This document shows positions 1-13,140 of a DNA stretch of 64,000 nt, in pieces. This DNA comes from Takakia lepidozioides (lineage: Eukaryota; Plantae; Bryophyta): positions 41,478,001-41,542,000 of the forward strand of contig CM060731.1 in NCBI GenBank assembly GCA_030704615.1, written 5' to 3'. Every line of letters begins with the position of its first letter. Position 1 is the first letter of the stretch. Below the pieces are notes generated by a model, which did not search any database, was not told where the DNA came from, and was given only the letters and a program-made list of their open reading frames with translations. A program made the position numbers and the translations under genes.

Positions 1-1009
1 CATCCAATCATGACTATTTGTACTTGGTCTCTTAGGAGACATTGGCAAATAGAAGAGATTCTTTTCTATGTACCATTCTCTGTGGAAATCACTGGGACAT
101 TGTGCGGTTAACTGGAAAACTTAATACATAAACTGTGCCACAGCATCGATGTTTGGGGTCTGGCTGGGGGGAATTCACGTGTCTACAAGTGACAGACTAG
201 CGCCAGGATTCTCTTTCAACTCAAATGCAACCCCTGACACAACTAAAAGCACAGAATGTATTGGTACTTAAGACAACCAAAACAAAGTAAAGGCCTTCGG
301 AAACTCCACAAAAGTCCTTCCACATCCCAGATCTCACTCCTGGAGTCTCTCATAGGATGTTATCTTACCTGAAAATAGGAAGGTGGCTCTATTTTACCCA
401 ACCACACTGCATACTCCGGATTAAGCCGTGGGATGAACAGAAATGCCCTCCCGGTAGATACATCCTTGTCAGTGAATCATCACCAAGTCACAAAGTCAGA
501 TTTCAGGCATACCTACCTTCTACCCAACTGTCAACGATAACATACCAGTACTCATGAACGTGCCGTCAATTTTGTTGTTAGGTTATCATAAAATTGGTAA
601 GACTACACCCATATTAGAATCTTGATGGATGGAAATATGACACCAGAAAAAAGCCCGTATGTTCCTTCATAAGCAGCACACTGTTTACACAGAGCCACTG
701 TTGGTGTTTGATGGATGGTACATCGATGCACTACTATCGAACTGCTGCCACAAAATGGGTGAATTTTGTGTGACTGGGATCCTGGCAATATAGAGAACGG
801 TGAATCACACACTGCCCCAACCCCAAAACCCTGCAAATATAGCTCTAATTTTAACAAAGAGTGTGGTCGCATACCAGAGCACCATAGAATCCTGGCTCCT
901 TCACGCCGAACAAGTATGCAAAATAGCTCTCCTGCCTAGCAAGCCCGCACAACTAGGTCATTCATTCTCCAATATGAAAACATAATACCTTATAATCAAC
1001 TTAGCTCAA

Positions 1010-1165
1010 TTAAGGACAGGGGGCCTACCTTTGAACAGCAAGGGAAATTGTAAATGCCCATCGCGTGGGCAACCTGAAGACAGTATCCACTTCCTCTTTC
1101 ACTGTCCACGGTACTCTAGCCAGAAAGGAACCCTCTTCAATTGCATCAAAAACATTGAACTGGTT
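1010..1165 (+). mobile_element. LINE 3' fragment (C-terminal zinc-finger region)
   Basis: Encodes CKCP..GQPEDSIHFLFHCP. Same family as 27291-27650 and the 3' end of the 12422-16636 LINE. Confidence 0.75.
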
Positions 1166-3189
1166 CACCCTAACTTCACCCTTTCTGTTCCCATGCATAT
1201 GTTCCCACGAACTGTGTTCCCAATAATGTGGTCCTGATTATGCGCTGGGTGTGTAGGTACTAGGAGGAGGGGAATGTAGGGAGTTAAGAGTTTTCGGATG
1301 CAGCGCTGATCGGCCTCTGGTTATTGGTAAACTAGGCCCTCCCCACCAAACCATGATCTAAGCCTTCCCCTATCAAAAATAGTGCAGCTGAATATATTTA
1401 CACATAGTCTCTTAAGACCAAGCTGACCCTTCCCAGTACCTTGTAATCACCACAAAATAGAAAAACTTATGATATTGACAGGGAGGTCCACTTTTGCAGA
1501 ACAGACAAACTTCTTCCAGCGCTGCTCCATGCTCCGGAGTAGGTAGACCGTTGTGACTCTGACAGTATCAACATTCTGACCGGGTCCATTAGTGTAGTTT
1601 TTTCAACAACATTCCTGCAGATCACTGATGGAGGCCTCCATCATCAGAAGTTTGGACGTGTTCCTCCATTGGACTCTACACAACGAGGAACACCTCCAAA
1701 CTTATACAGATGCTAAACAAGCTGTGCATGACAAGGCTGCCCCTCTAATCCAGTCAGAGAGTCATACTCTTCATCTGCAGACATTTAAAGGAGCTCCGCC
1801 TCTACAGCAGAATCAGAGCCCCTCTGTAATATATGTCCTCCATCACCAGATTGTTCCGGATCTTCTGGCATTGTACATAATTAGTTTTTCTTTCACTTTC
1901 CATGTGTATTGAACCAACCGCCCATCAACGAGCCGTCTTGTGTAGGCTGTTTGTCTGTCTCCTGGACAGACAAACAGCTGTTAGTAGCTTTCTGTTTACA
2001 GAATTTTACACCAACTGCCTCAATTCTCCGCACACATTGTCTCAAAAGTGGTGAGTTTAAATCAGTAAGTCTTGCAGATCATCATCGAGTGAAGATGTAC
2101 CCACACAGAGCAGTTGAAGCAACTGACCTAATAAGTGCGGCGCGGCAGCACATATAAGCGAGGGGGCACATCAATGATCATCTCCCACGGGGCCCGGCCT
2201 GCTCCTGTCTCTTGCCGTTCTGTCGCTCTCTCCTAATTACATTTTTCTTGTCCCGACGGGCCGCAACCCCTTTGTTGCTAATTTAGCGAAGGGAGCGGCC
2301 TCCCCACTGCCCAATACGTAGCCTGTGGATCCCACGCAGCAGTCATGTCTGGAAGTAAGTATGTATCGGCCGCTCTGGTTGTGAGGGTGGGCCTCACCCG
2401 GTCTGCCGCGGCATGCAACGCTATCCTCGTGCGCCACATACATTACTTTGCCGTTTATACAAGGCTCTTTCCCGAATCTTCTTCACACATAAAAACCGGG
2501 ACCGAGAGATTTACGAGAGGACACTGTGCAATGGCAGTAATGAAGTGCCGGATGCTCCATGTGTTCTACAAATCGTCCATCAATTTATTATCTAGTGCTG
2601 AGCGAGGGAGAATTAACCTTGCAAGCACCGTGAAGCTACTCACTGGAAATTGCGAAAGTGAGAACCACCCAACGAGTGTAGTAACTACATAATCTGCTCA
2701 CACCCGAGTGGTAGTAGCTACACTGCACTAGTCTTTGCGGCGTTATTTGCTTGGGAGGTTCCTTCCTCGGGCATCGTCAACTCGAAGCAGTGTAGAACAC
2801 AGCTTTTCCGCTGCATAAATTTTACTTATGAATGTCTAATTGTATATGAGATACATAAATTACCACACACCCAGTTCCAAGAAGGGCTAGACCACTACAG
2901 CAGCCCTGGCCGGATCACCTGCGGCGAACCCCACACCTCAGGCCCCATTCTCCAAGCGCTTGGTCAGTAAGTGAGCTTGCCTCCACTCCCACATTCACGG
3001 CCCACCGGCAATTCGGGTCTTAGCAGTTGGAAGATTTCTTGGATGATCTGAAGAGCTCCCTGAGGCATTATCCAACCTACAATCACAATCCATCCACATG
3101 GCATAAAAGTGAATTCCATGCGTCATAATATCAGCTCTACTCGCACACCTATCTCCATAGGTGCTAGAAGAATTGGAGAATAGAGTAAC

Positions 3190-3504
3190 TCACTGTTTAG
3201 AGTTCCTCCGAGGCACTTTCACTTTCGAGTACGCATTGATGGTGATTTTTTCATAATCCGACATCTCATCACCAGTAACTTGTACGATAGGATCTGCATT
3301 CGAATATAAAAAATACTTCATGAAGGTGTCATGTTTGTTTCTGGTGATAGTATATTGCTCGCCAGAACCTACCGTTTTCTCTATCACGCCAGAGAGGCCT
3401 CGTTTCACAGTAAAGGGATGGCCAGTCTTGTTGATAATGTCTGTTGACTCCACACTCGCGAATACTCGACCGAGGCTGTAACTGAAGCCCATCCATATAA
3501 ACAT
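3190..3504 (-). CDS. Small DUF7748-like plant protein (104 aa), paralog 2
   Basis: TDIINKTGHPFTVKRGLSGV..Y..YFL..V.VTGDE..DYEKITI pattern; paralogous to the adjacent ORF; ORF preserved in the duplicate. Family assigned from memory. Confidence 0.6.
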   Translation of the reverse strand: MFIWMGFSYSLGRVFASVESTDIINKTGHPFTVKRGLSGVIEKTVGSGEQYTITRNKHDTFMKYFLYSNADPIVQVTGDEMSDYEKITINAYSKVKVPRRNSKQ

Positions 3505-3617
3505 GTTAGCTCATAAAGAAAATCACTTAGATGTCTTCAAATATCGGCACAAAAACCAGTCAATCAGTAAAACAACCTCGAAGTGCGAGTGCCAGCAACA
3601 GTGGTGAATAGACCAGC

Positions 3618-3941
3618 TTACCGACTTCTGAGGGAAGGCCGCGGGTCATATGATTTTGAGTAACCTTTTATGGTGACACTTTCATTCCCGGCTATGTCAT
3701 CACCATCAACTTCAAGAACAAGATGTAAATTGTCGTATAGACCATACTTGTAGTCCTTGTTGTAGCAGATGTCATAGGTATCACCATCTTTCAGTGTGGT
3801 CAAGCATGAAGTTGCTGCCTCCCCTTTTGCCTTGTCTAAACCATTTGAGGATTCTTCCAAAACTGGAGGAAGTACGCCGTCAGAGGATTCCATCAACGCC
3901 ATAGGACGGCCAGTCTTGTTGATAATTTTGGTCCCTTCCAT
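3618..3941 (-). CDS. Small DUF7748-like plant protein (107 aa), paralog 1
   Basis: MEGTKIINKTGRP..TTLKDGDTYDI..YKYGL..VDGDDI...ESVTI; ORF preserved in the duplicate at 30513-30836. Confidence 0.65.
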   Translation of the reverse strand: MEGTKIINKTGRPMALMESSDGVLPPVLEESSNGLDKAKGEAATSCLTTLKDGDTYDICYNKDYKYGLYDNLHLVLEVDGDDIAGNESVTIKGYSKSYDPRPSLRSR

Positions 3942-4513
3942 ACCTCAATATCCCCTCTTTTTTCTCTTCACCACAGGAAAGATACTCCGGAGGTCGTAAA
4001 TAGGAACTCGACACTCAGTATTCTGGACCAAACAAATGTAGTTATGGTGTGCATCTTGTGGAAATGTTATAGAAAAGCACCTTGGCAGACATTTTCTCAA
4101 TATGTGAAGAGCAAGATTATCAATGTAATGAAGCGCGTGGAGAGATAAATACAGTAGTTCAATACTTGTGCTCTCTTCTGCATGAGTTGGGAAAAAATGT
4201 CCTTACGCGCGCTTGGGTTTATCCTTGTTCTGCGAAATTCCGTCAACTCTTCAGCACCACAATGCGTTTCTTCAACACCTGAAAGAGAGCCTACACACTT
4301 TTCTTCTCCCGTTACAAACAATACGGAAGTATAGTGGCCAGCACGATTAAGACCCACAAATAACAAATACTTTCAGATCAGAGATTTATATGAGAATCCA
4401 GTATCGTGTTTACCTTCCACAATTCCCGACTAAAAATCTGAAAGTTAGTGAATGTACGTGCCAGGCACTTCTACTGGCAGACAGTGCAACGAATAGCAAA
4501 GCTCCACACAAGT

Positions 4514-4623
4514 AGCCATTGGAGAGAGAGAGAGAGAGAGATGACGCCAACCGAAGTTAGAGCCCTCCTTCCCTTGCGGATACGCCTTCCTTTCGGGGGT
4601 GGGCTCTAGGGAGCCATTGGAGA
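4514..4623 (-). mobile_element. 86-bp insertion with (GA)n tract and 12-bp TSD (SINE or LINE-tail-like)
   Basis: AGCCATTGGAGA direct repeats at 4514-4525 and 4612-4623; internal stem TAGAGCCC/GGGCTCTA. Confidence 0.55.
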
Positions 4624-7600
4624 CAGTATGACCGCTTCACAATCCACTTTCTCAGTCATGAAAGCGACGGGCGTGGACATTGCACATGTGAGTTCTACAG
4701 TCGGTTCTCATACTCGAGTGTCCAAGGATGGTCAGAAAACTGGCTTTCTACGTTTCTCCCCGACAACCGATGACCATTTACATAGCTTAACAAGGAGTCC
4801 AGCGAATTAACGTTCGAAACCGAAATAAACTTGAATCCTTTTTACCTCGAAACAGGAGAGTGCACCTTCGAAGCTTGTCGGTCACTTTAACGCCGTTCTT
4901 CCATCTGATGCAATCCAAGATATTTAGAACGATGTCATCGATGGTCACAATGAAGGCCAAGTGAGAAAGTATGAAGGACCCACCAAAAGAGTGCTGGCTT
5001 GCGCGAGAGCGATGAACACAACTCCTTGAAACACAACATAGAACCCCTCTCACCTGATAAATTTCATACTCACGTTGTCACTGAGAGCCTATTTCTCTTT
5101 GTCCTGGTGCGAAACCGCTGGAACCTGATTCCAACATCAATTAGAGCTCTACCTTAGGACGTTAGCTTCTACTGCACTCCTGTAAGGTTCTCCTTTCTAG
5201 TTGTAGAGCATTACGCACCGTGGCAGCTTCAGTAGCTCGGATTTCTCAACTCGAACGTCCAGCTTTACTGTACCTGTAGTACGGCAGGCAGGGTAGCTTG
5301 TCAAATACTCAAAACCCTAAACTCTCCTGGAGGCTGGGAGCTCCACCTAGTCTAGTACTGTAATAGCCATTGAGGTAGGGTCCCCTAAAGCTCGCCCCCG
5401 CCCCCGACTAGGTCCTGACGGCCCAAAATGTATGATTGGAATTATGTGGCAAATGGAACTCGGTATAGGTACATAAATTCATTTTACATTGGCTCCTCCC
5501 TCAGGAGAGAGCAGGCAACCATTGTTTTTTCCTGACGTACCTTCCCCACTTAATACTTAACTCTCAAGTTCCATCCCAGATTCTTGACTCTCTGACTCGC
5601 TCGCTTGCTCGCTTTGTGTGTATGCGTCAAAATGATTGGTGGGTATTGAATGAGGGTTTGTGCTCGCCGAATTCGGTTATCACAAGAAGGGTTGGTCCCG
5701 TGTGTTTCGCAGGGTTGCTTTTTTTCTGTTGTTTTGTGGGGATATCCGATCCCAGAACTCCCACCTTCGTAATTCACAGAAAATCGTCCCTTGTGGGGGT
5801 AGGACCGCTAATAGCTCATGCTTTGGACAGAGAGCACCATAGCTTTGAAATATTCGAGTGGTGGCGCAGGACCCCGGTGTGGAGCTCTTTTCGGCACTTT
5901 CAGAGAGAAAATGGTGACGACATCTGAGGGGGTTTTGAATCCAGGGTCACCAATTGCACTTGCAATCGTTGAGGAAAAGTCGCAAGGATCTTATGGGCCC
6001 ACTGAAAGCTCATTCCAGGTGAAGGTTTGTGCTTGAGAGCTGAAACTTGATGAGTGGCAGCCCTCCGGATTTGGCCAGGTTGGGTAAGTTAGATGGTAAA
6101 TATATGACCAGGTTGGATGAGGATGTGCAGTAACCCAGTCTCTCCAGGGCTGCAGTGGCGTTGCCCAGAGTTGAGAATTTAGATCCAAGTGTTAGGGACG
6201 TTTTGGAGCATTCCCTGATAACCCGAATTGCTTCTAGGAGGATCACAATTTGGTTGATTTGGTCTGTCCGCCGAAGAGCCGTCTGTCAAAGAGCTTCACG
6301 CCTTCCGTAGAAGCATTCCCTTCCACAAAAATATGCCTGAAACATAAATTTTAGTTGATTTCAACATTGGCAAGAGGAAGCCCATCATGAATGTAAGTGT
6401 TAGTTGTTTGTCGGAGCGTTGGTGAAGGTGATAGATAAAAGAATTTTTAGAAATATAATTGGACGGTGTCAAACACACCCTTTCTTAGCTCCGTCTACCA
6501 TATAATGCACACATTTTTTGCCTTCTTCATATCATGCCCTCACGTTATGACTAAAAAACTTCTTTTCATATCATGGACTAAAAAACTTGAACAGTGGTCG
6601 CAATCCTTTGGGCATTATTCTAACATACCTATCCATGTATGTGTCCATCTTTGTACTGCTACACTTGTCCTAAATTCTTGCACATAGGTAACAGTGTGTC
6701 CGGGTGGTGGACATCTATCCCATCCTAGATATATATGGGTTAGTGATTTGAATGACACTTGTGGTTAGTGTTCTTCTAATGTTCAGTATGAAGGTCTAGT
6801 TACCATTAGAAGTTGACATGGGGATCCTAGAGATATTTTGTCATAAGGAGGGAAGGGAAGTCATTTATGATGTTGACAGTACATGAACTTGATGCTCACA
6901 CCATCAACTCATCCCTTCTCCTGTGATCGTTGGAGCATATAGAGCATATCCTCTTAATTTATTGCGTATGATGACCCGCTCTTTACTCAACCTGACTAGG
7001 CAAGCTTTGGTATTGTAGAAAAATCTTGTTGGGCAAATGAATGTTAGATGTGCTTATGAGTTTTGTCCAGAATGACTCTCATCACATGCCTAGCATTTTC
7101 ATAACCAGGAACTATGTATGGACTTCCAGGTGTTGAGTGATCGGATTGACGCATTGACGGCTTTTGGAAAGCGATTTGATTTTGTTGAGCATGCCGGTGA
7201 CAAGAAACCGAAGAAAGATGGACCCCCCCTCAAGACCTGCCTTGCTCTTGTGCTTACTCTAGTGGGCCTTCTTGCGTTCTCTGCAATCATACTTTTTGAG
7301 TCCAATAGAATCTTGTGTCATCCAGGGCCTCGATTAGCGCCCTAGGGACTTTCTTGCGGAACTAGCTTTGAGACCTCATAGTTAGTGTGCAAAGCTGATG
7401 TGGTATCCACAACTTTGTTTTCTAGATGATGTGAAGATGGAAGTGTTGCTCTTAACCTCAGGGAAGAAGATATGTTATCGTTGGTCTTGGAGGGGTTTAG
7501 ATGGATGGCAAAACAAGCTCAGGATGGTGGTCTTCATTTAGTTTGTCTATAAACTGAAATCTCTCGAGAAATCAGAGTTTAATACATAGGTTCAGTTACT

Positions 7601-9956
7601 AGAAAAATTGAACATGGGGTTTGAGAGATATTATGTTAAGGTTGTGCTTGAAGAATTGCAAAGGATAGTCGGAGGTTATGAGCATCAGAGAGAACCATGG
7701 ACCCTGAACACTGCCGGTATTATACAGCTCAAATACCCTGAACCTATGAGTGAATAGCTTCATTATGGCATAGAACCGACTCGGATATCTTTTAAGTTGA
7801 CGGAAGCGATTATGGTGGCTATGGTTTCGAGGAAAATAATAGTTTTTTTTTGTGTCGAAGGGTCTATATTGTATATTAAAGTTGAAACGGCAGTACTACA
7901 TTGAAACCTGAGAGGTGGCGGCTGTGCTTGTGATGACTACGTCATTTGAAACGACACATTGAACTTGAGAGCAGTGTCGCGCACCTCAAGTCATAATTAC
8001 TCGCTTTGATGTGCGCGCCTAATTCCCAAACTGGCCGTCAGGCCAACTCGAAGCTTCGACTGCTCACCGGGGCATAAGTCCCCCTTTACTCCTCCACAAT
8101 ACCCTCTCTCAATTTGGGCCTAGCAGAAATTCCGTTTGGTTGTTGGCAGTCCAGAACAGCTCCCCACACCTTGGTCGCTTTCTGGCTTGCACGATTACTC
8201 ATTAGTTTTTTGTCACCAACGGGATTGCACCGTTCTCGGGGTTACTACTCCCTATATATACTTCTGTGACTGTCCGCGGGGGTTGCACAAACAACACCAT
8301 CCTTTTATGGCGAATCACCACGAAAACCCTCGATTCTCGATGATGAGTCGCGTTGAATCTTGGCCCACCCACCACGGCCCCATTGGACCGCGATGAGTCC
8401 CAAGACTCCCCACGACTCCCACCACAAGGTCTCCGCCCCCATGGTGAGTCTCATGTCACCCCCACTAAGTCCCACTAAGCTACCATCACCCCTTGTGGAG
8501 CCACCTCTACCGCAACCCGGTGTGCAGGGCTCCACCTAGTGAACGCCTCTGCCCAAAGCACTCAAGGGTGCTTCAACCCCGTATTTGTTGTTACCACTGC
8601 CCCACCATAGGGGTATCCCCCTTTATGTCTCGCCCCCCTGCCCTAAAGGCGAAGGGCCGCGACACACACCCCTACTAACCCTAAACGGAAAATGTCGGGG
8701 GCAACCCATGCAGCCATGAACAAAGCACACACATCGGAACCCCAAACCACCAGGCCGGATTATGTGACTCTAGAATCGGATCTGAAAGGTCCGCCAAAAT
8801 TTAGCATGTGCAGGTGGAAGTGCTACTTAATTGAAAAATCGCCAGATCTGGTTTTAGCGTGGCAGGGTGGAGATGCTCTTATGATATATATAATATAAAA
8901 ATCAAACCTAAGTGTATGTCTATGGGCAGCTCTGTTGTAGTTCGCACAGCAGTTCGAATATCTGAGAATTCTGGCATGTAGAGAACAATTATTATTATTT
9001 TTTGACAGCCCCGTTATTGGTTTAATCATCATGGGACAGCGTAGGTAAGTAGGGTAAGTAGATGCCAAAATGTTTGCAGGCTCAAGTTGTCGGCCGCTTC
9101 ACCAGTTGCCTGTGAAGCAGTAGAGATATGTGGCGCCGGCCGAGCTCAGAGAGGGCTCGGGAGTGGAATGCACGTGGGTCCCGTGCGGCGAGACGGGACC
9201 GGTGAAGTGTTGTGAGTAGATGGTAAAGGACACGCAAGTGGGCACTGGGTCCACGTTGTTGGGATTCCAGTTGGTTGCATGGTTTTGGGTGGCAGAGAGG
9301 ACGGGGACAATGTCACATGGGCAACCAAATGTTCGTGGCCTTCACGCCTGATACTTACGGTCACACTCGTGCAATGTCCCGCCTAGGTAGTGTCTGCAAT
9401 GTCCCGGCTAGGTAGTTTCTGGCGAGTATGAATGCGGCTGAGGAGGCTAGTACCGCAGATAAGCGGGAGGCGTGTAGACAGGGCAAAGCTCCTGCACGAT
9501 CGTTCAAGTGGCGTTGCACTGCACCTTGGGACCGTCATGTCCCACCCGTTCCTTCGAAAGCACGCTGACGACGGTGGGTGGTCTGGTCTGAGACAAACTC
9601 TGAGGTCTGAACTTGCATCTGCACTTTTCAGTTTTGTAGCAGGGGGCCGTGAACGCCAAGCCACCGCGCTGAATGCAGAAAGGTGATGGTTTCTGCATTA
9701 CATGGTGGCTGATCGCCCCATCGCTTTGCAAGGGTTTGTAAAGGGCTTCATGTGCAGCTAACCGTGTCTAGAAGGGGAACCTTACTATACTGACGTGCGG
9801 TGGATGGCAGACTGAGTGTCCGATTCTCACCTTTCAATCAATCCCGATCGCTCTCATCGTACACAAAGTGTACAAAGCTCGTGCTTCTCGATACGAACGT
9901 GGACTTGTCGGAAGTGGTTGTCGTCGTATTTGAGGGCCCCCTTTCTTCCGGTTGTA

Positions 9957-11342
9957 ATGGCGAGTGACAACCATTTGGAGCTGGAGGAGTTTCTTTTAGC
10001 GATCTCATCTCGCCATCCACATTTTGTCACCATTCATGTGGAATATGTTGAGGTATATTTCGGCTACGATCATCAGACGTCGTTGTACAAATTTCCTTCG
10101 CAGAAAGATGAGAGCCGCCATCACGACATTCGATTGGCAGTTCTCCGTGCAATTACTTCCTCCGTCGTGGGTATAGTATCCTTGGAGCTGCAACCGGCCG
10201 ACACGAAGGCACATTACGAAGCGGAGTTGCAGGAGTTCTGCAGAGGCTTGTACTCCAACCAGACTTTACGAGACCTACACATCGAGTGCTATGTTGTCGA
10301 CGCAGACCGACAATTGAGTATGGTACATCACGTCGCAGAGATGCTTCGCGTGAACAACTTTCTAAAACTTCTTCGGATTGATGGGATAGCCATCAACACA
10401 GATTCAGCCAAGCTCTTGGCTGTCGCTTTGCGTGAAAATCGTGCCCTGCAAAATTTGCATTTGTGTCCGTCCTCCTCTCTACTTGTGTCTACACCCCGCT
10501 GGTCGGCAGAGGGAGTGCAAATGTTGGTGGCTCCTTTGGTTGCCACAGATCCCTTAGGCTCCAACTCTGTGCTGCAGACGCTACGGATGCAGCGCTGTCG
10601 CGAATTCGATAGCGCCGGCGATAATGACGAGGCAGCCAAGCACGTGGCAGCGATGCTGTGTGGCAATTCTTCCTTGTTGGAGCTTGAGCTATGGCGTTGG
10701 AGTATGAAGTCGGAGAGCGGTGCTGCTATCGGCAGGGCTTTGGCCACCAACATCACCCTTACAACTCTAAGCGTGTATGGCTGCACGATTGGGGCGGATG
10801 GTGTGGAGGCGATAGCACAACATCTCGCACACCACAATTCTTCTCTCACACGCCTTAATGTTGGCGACACTTGGAGTACAGAGATAGAGGGAAGCAAGGC
10901 AGCCAACGCATTGGCCAACATGTTTCGATCCAACTCCACGTTGACCCATGTGGGCCTGTCACACAGTCGGTTTAACGAAGAAGGTATTGTGGAACTCTTC
11001 AAATCACTGGCCACCAACACGTCTTTGACAGACCTTGATCTTAGTAGATGCAAGGTTGTCGCTGGGGACAGGGTGTTGGCAGCAATTGGGGATTCACAGC
11101 GAGCCAATCTGTGTCTACAAAGACTCCATACAGGTGAATCTTCCTTGTGCCATGTAGATTGGGGGTGTGTAGAGAGAAGGGAGCAGCAATCGGTGTTACG
11201 AGGAATGATAAGGTCCGTGAGTCCGGAGGCAGCGAGCGTGTTGACTTACGGCGCCGCTGGTACTCAACCATACTTCCACTTTCTCATATTACATTCTTCC
11301 TGTTTTGCTTTGCACCTCTTGAGGACGCCGAATGTAATGTAA
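9957..11342 (+). CDS. Ribonuclease-inhibitor-type LRR protein (TORNADO1-like LRR region), probably the first exon of a larger gene
   Basis: Repeated 'L..N.sL..L.L' LRR units (NSSLLELEL, NITLTTLSV, NSSLTRLNV, NSTLTHVGL, NTSLTDLDL) in a 508-codon ORF; first ATG at 9957. Confidence 0.85.
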   Translation: MASDNHLELEEFLLAISSRHPHFVTIHVEYVEVYFGYDHQTSLYKFPSQKDESRHHDIRLAVLRAITSSVVGIVSLELQPADTKAHYEAELQEFCRGLYSNQTLRDLHIECYVVDADRQLSMVHHVAEMLRVNNFLKLLRIDGIAINTDSAKLLAVALRENRALQNLHLCPSSSLLVSTPRWSAEGVQMLVAPLVATDPLGSNSVLQTLRMQRCREFDSAGDNDEAAKHVAAMLCGNSSLLELELWRWSMKSESGAAIGRALATNITLTTLSVYGCTIGADGVEAIAQHLAHHNSSLTRLNVGDTWSTEIEGSKAANALANMFRSNSTLTHVGLSHSRFNEEGIVELFKSLATNTSLTDLDLSRCKVVAGDRVLAAIGDSQRANLCLQRLHTGESSLCHVDWGCVERREQQSVLRGMIRSVSPEAASVLTYGAAGTQPYFHFLILHSSCFALHLLRTPNVM

Positions 11343-12820
11343 CAAGTAACTCCGCAACACCGTGCAAGAATTCCGAATTCAGAACTAATCATTGGATGGT
11401 GTGGATCGTAAGTCGATCAATGTAATAATTTGATCCTGTCGCTGAAGTGGATTACGCATTGGAACCCCTCGGCCAGCGGGGATTGCACTGTCAGACTCCC
11501 ATCAAAGTTCACCTCATCCTCCCAGTGGCAGAGGGGTTCCACATCACCTAACCTACCGTTAAGAGACGCTGTAGAACTGGCAAACATTCTCAGTTTATAC
11601 AATTTATCCCAATCTTAACATGAGATAAATGAATGAATACCAAAGTTCAAACTGAGGCTGTATCAATTTACTATGATTCATTTACCTTTACTCTCCCCTT
11701 GAAGAGATGGGCTCAAACCTTCCAAAATAAAAGTAGAATAAAGACGCATTTCTTGGAACAAAAACACACATACGGTATCCGTATATTGCTGCAGTGCATC
11801 TAGTTCTGCTGTACTGGTCCCGTCTCGTGAAAGCTTACTCAATCCCTCCACCAACTTAGTCAAGCCAGTCACAAGCTGCATGGAAGACCCACCTCTGTCT
11901 GACACGCTGTCGGGTCCTCCACATGCTGCGTCAGGATGTGCTCACCAAATGTTTCCATAGGATTCCATGCCATTGCGCAATTGCATTCTTAGGTTTGTTC
12001 TTGTATCATCAGCCCCCACTTCTGCTTTTTGCATTTAGCAGTCAACCATAATCAACCACGAGTACTGTAGAGCGAGAGATCACGGAGAATCATCAAGAGT
12101 TGGTGAAAAGTCGAGATCTGATGATTTCACATGCGATTGTGGTGATGGGTGGTGTGTGGTCTCAAGGCTCGTATTCCAGGAACAGCTGCTCCGGTTGAGA
12201 GTAACAAGTGGTGTGTATCCGTGCAGGGGTTAATGACAATGGTGGAGAAAAGGTCAAAAGCAGCAACGGGAACCAAAACCATGTGGTATGAGGTCTCCTC
12301 GTCACTCCTTGGGGGTACCAGATGGTATTGTCTATGATCAGTGTATGTTAGGCTAGGTCATGGGTGCAAGTGAGTGTGTCTGGAAGAGGTCATCGTCTCA
12401 AAGTTCCTTTCTTTTGTCATGGTAACAAGCGGACCCTTACCGCTTGGGGGCAGCCCTCCGCCCAAATTGGGCAGTCGTATGCTCTGTCTAGCATACTCGG
12501 CACTTGGGCTCGGGTTGGTTCCTGTGCTTAAACTTATAGCCTGCGACTACAATCAAAATTTTAGCTCCTATCAACATCAACACTCCTCAGGGTGATTCCT
12601 GGGAATTGGTTACTTCTGCCAAATCTAGGGCTTCATGTGTAGTTTTTGGGGTGAATCCCAGGATGGACGATGTGTCCTTTAAAACTACATGCTCTAGCTT
12701 AGGCTTGGATTTCATGGCTAATGGTTCCATCTCGAGACTTGATAACAGGGGTACGTTGAAGGTTGCAATGACCAAAAGTGAGTCCCACATCAATTCAATC
12801 TCAAAGAAGTTCGTCGCTTG

Positions 12821-13140
12821 AGACGAACAAATTCTATACACGGGGTAATTGTCCCCAAGCCGTCAGATGGACAATCTGTCCCTAAGTGTGCAGAGCCTGA
12901 ACGTCGTGTAACTGAAGGATTTGGTACTCTAAATGGTTTACCAATCCTCAAAGTCTACAAAAGACGAGCAAAATCTATACACGGGGTAATTGTCCCCAAG
13001 CAGTCTGACGGAAAATCTGTCCCTATGTGTGCGGAGCCTGTGCGTCGTGTAACTGAAGGATTTGGTACCCTGAATGGTTTACCAATTCTCAAAGTTTACA
13101 CAAGACGAGCAAAATCTACACATGGGGTAACTGTCCCCCC
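12821..13140 (+). repeat. 141-bp (47-codon) tandem repeat, about 2.3 copies, in the LINE 5' region
   Basis: Units start at 12821, 12962 and 13103; translation repeats RR..SIHGVIVPK.SDG.SVP.CAEP.RRVTEGFGTLNGLPILKVY. Confidence 0.92.

Larger units (their letters stand above)
1010..4506 (+). repeat. Segmental duplication, copy A (partner 27291-31401)
   Basis: Near-identical sequence by eye from ttaaggacagggggcctacc to gaatagcaaagctcca. Copy A lacks an 18-bp segment and about 635 bp (27464-28096 of copy B). Confidence 0.95.

Noticed and set aside
5100-7800. Possible degenerate retroelement ORF1/gag remnants
   Set aside because: Too decayed to assign a motif with confidence.
10328-11107. 259-aa antisense ORF
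   Set aside because: Shadow of the LRR coding strand; no motifs.
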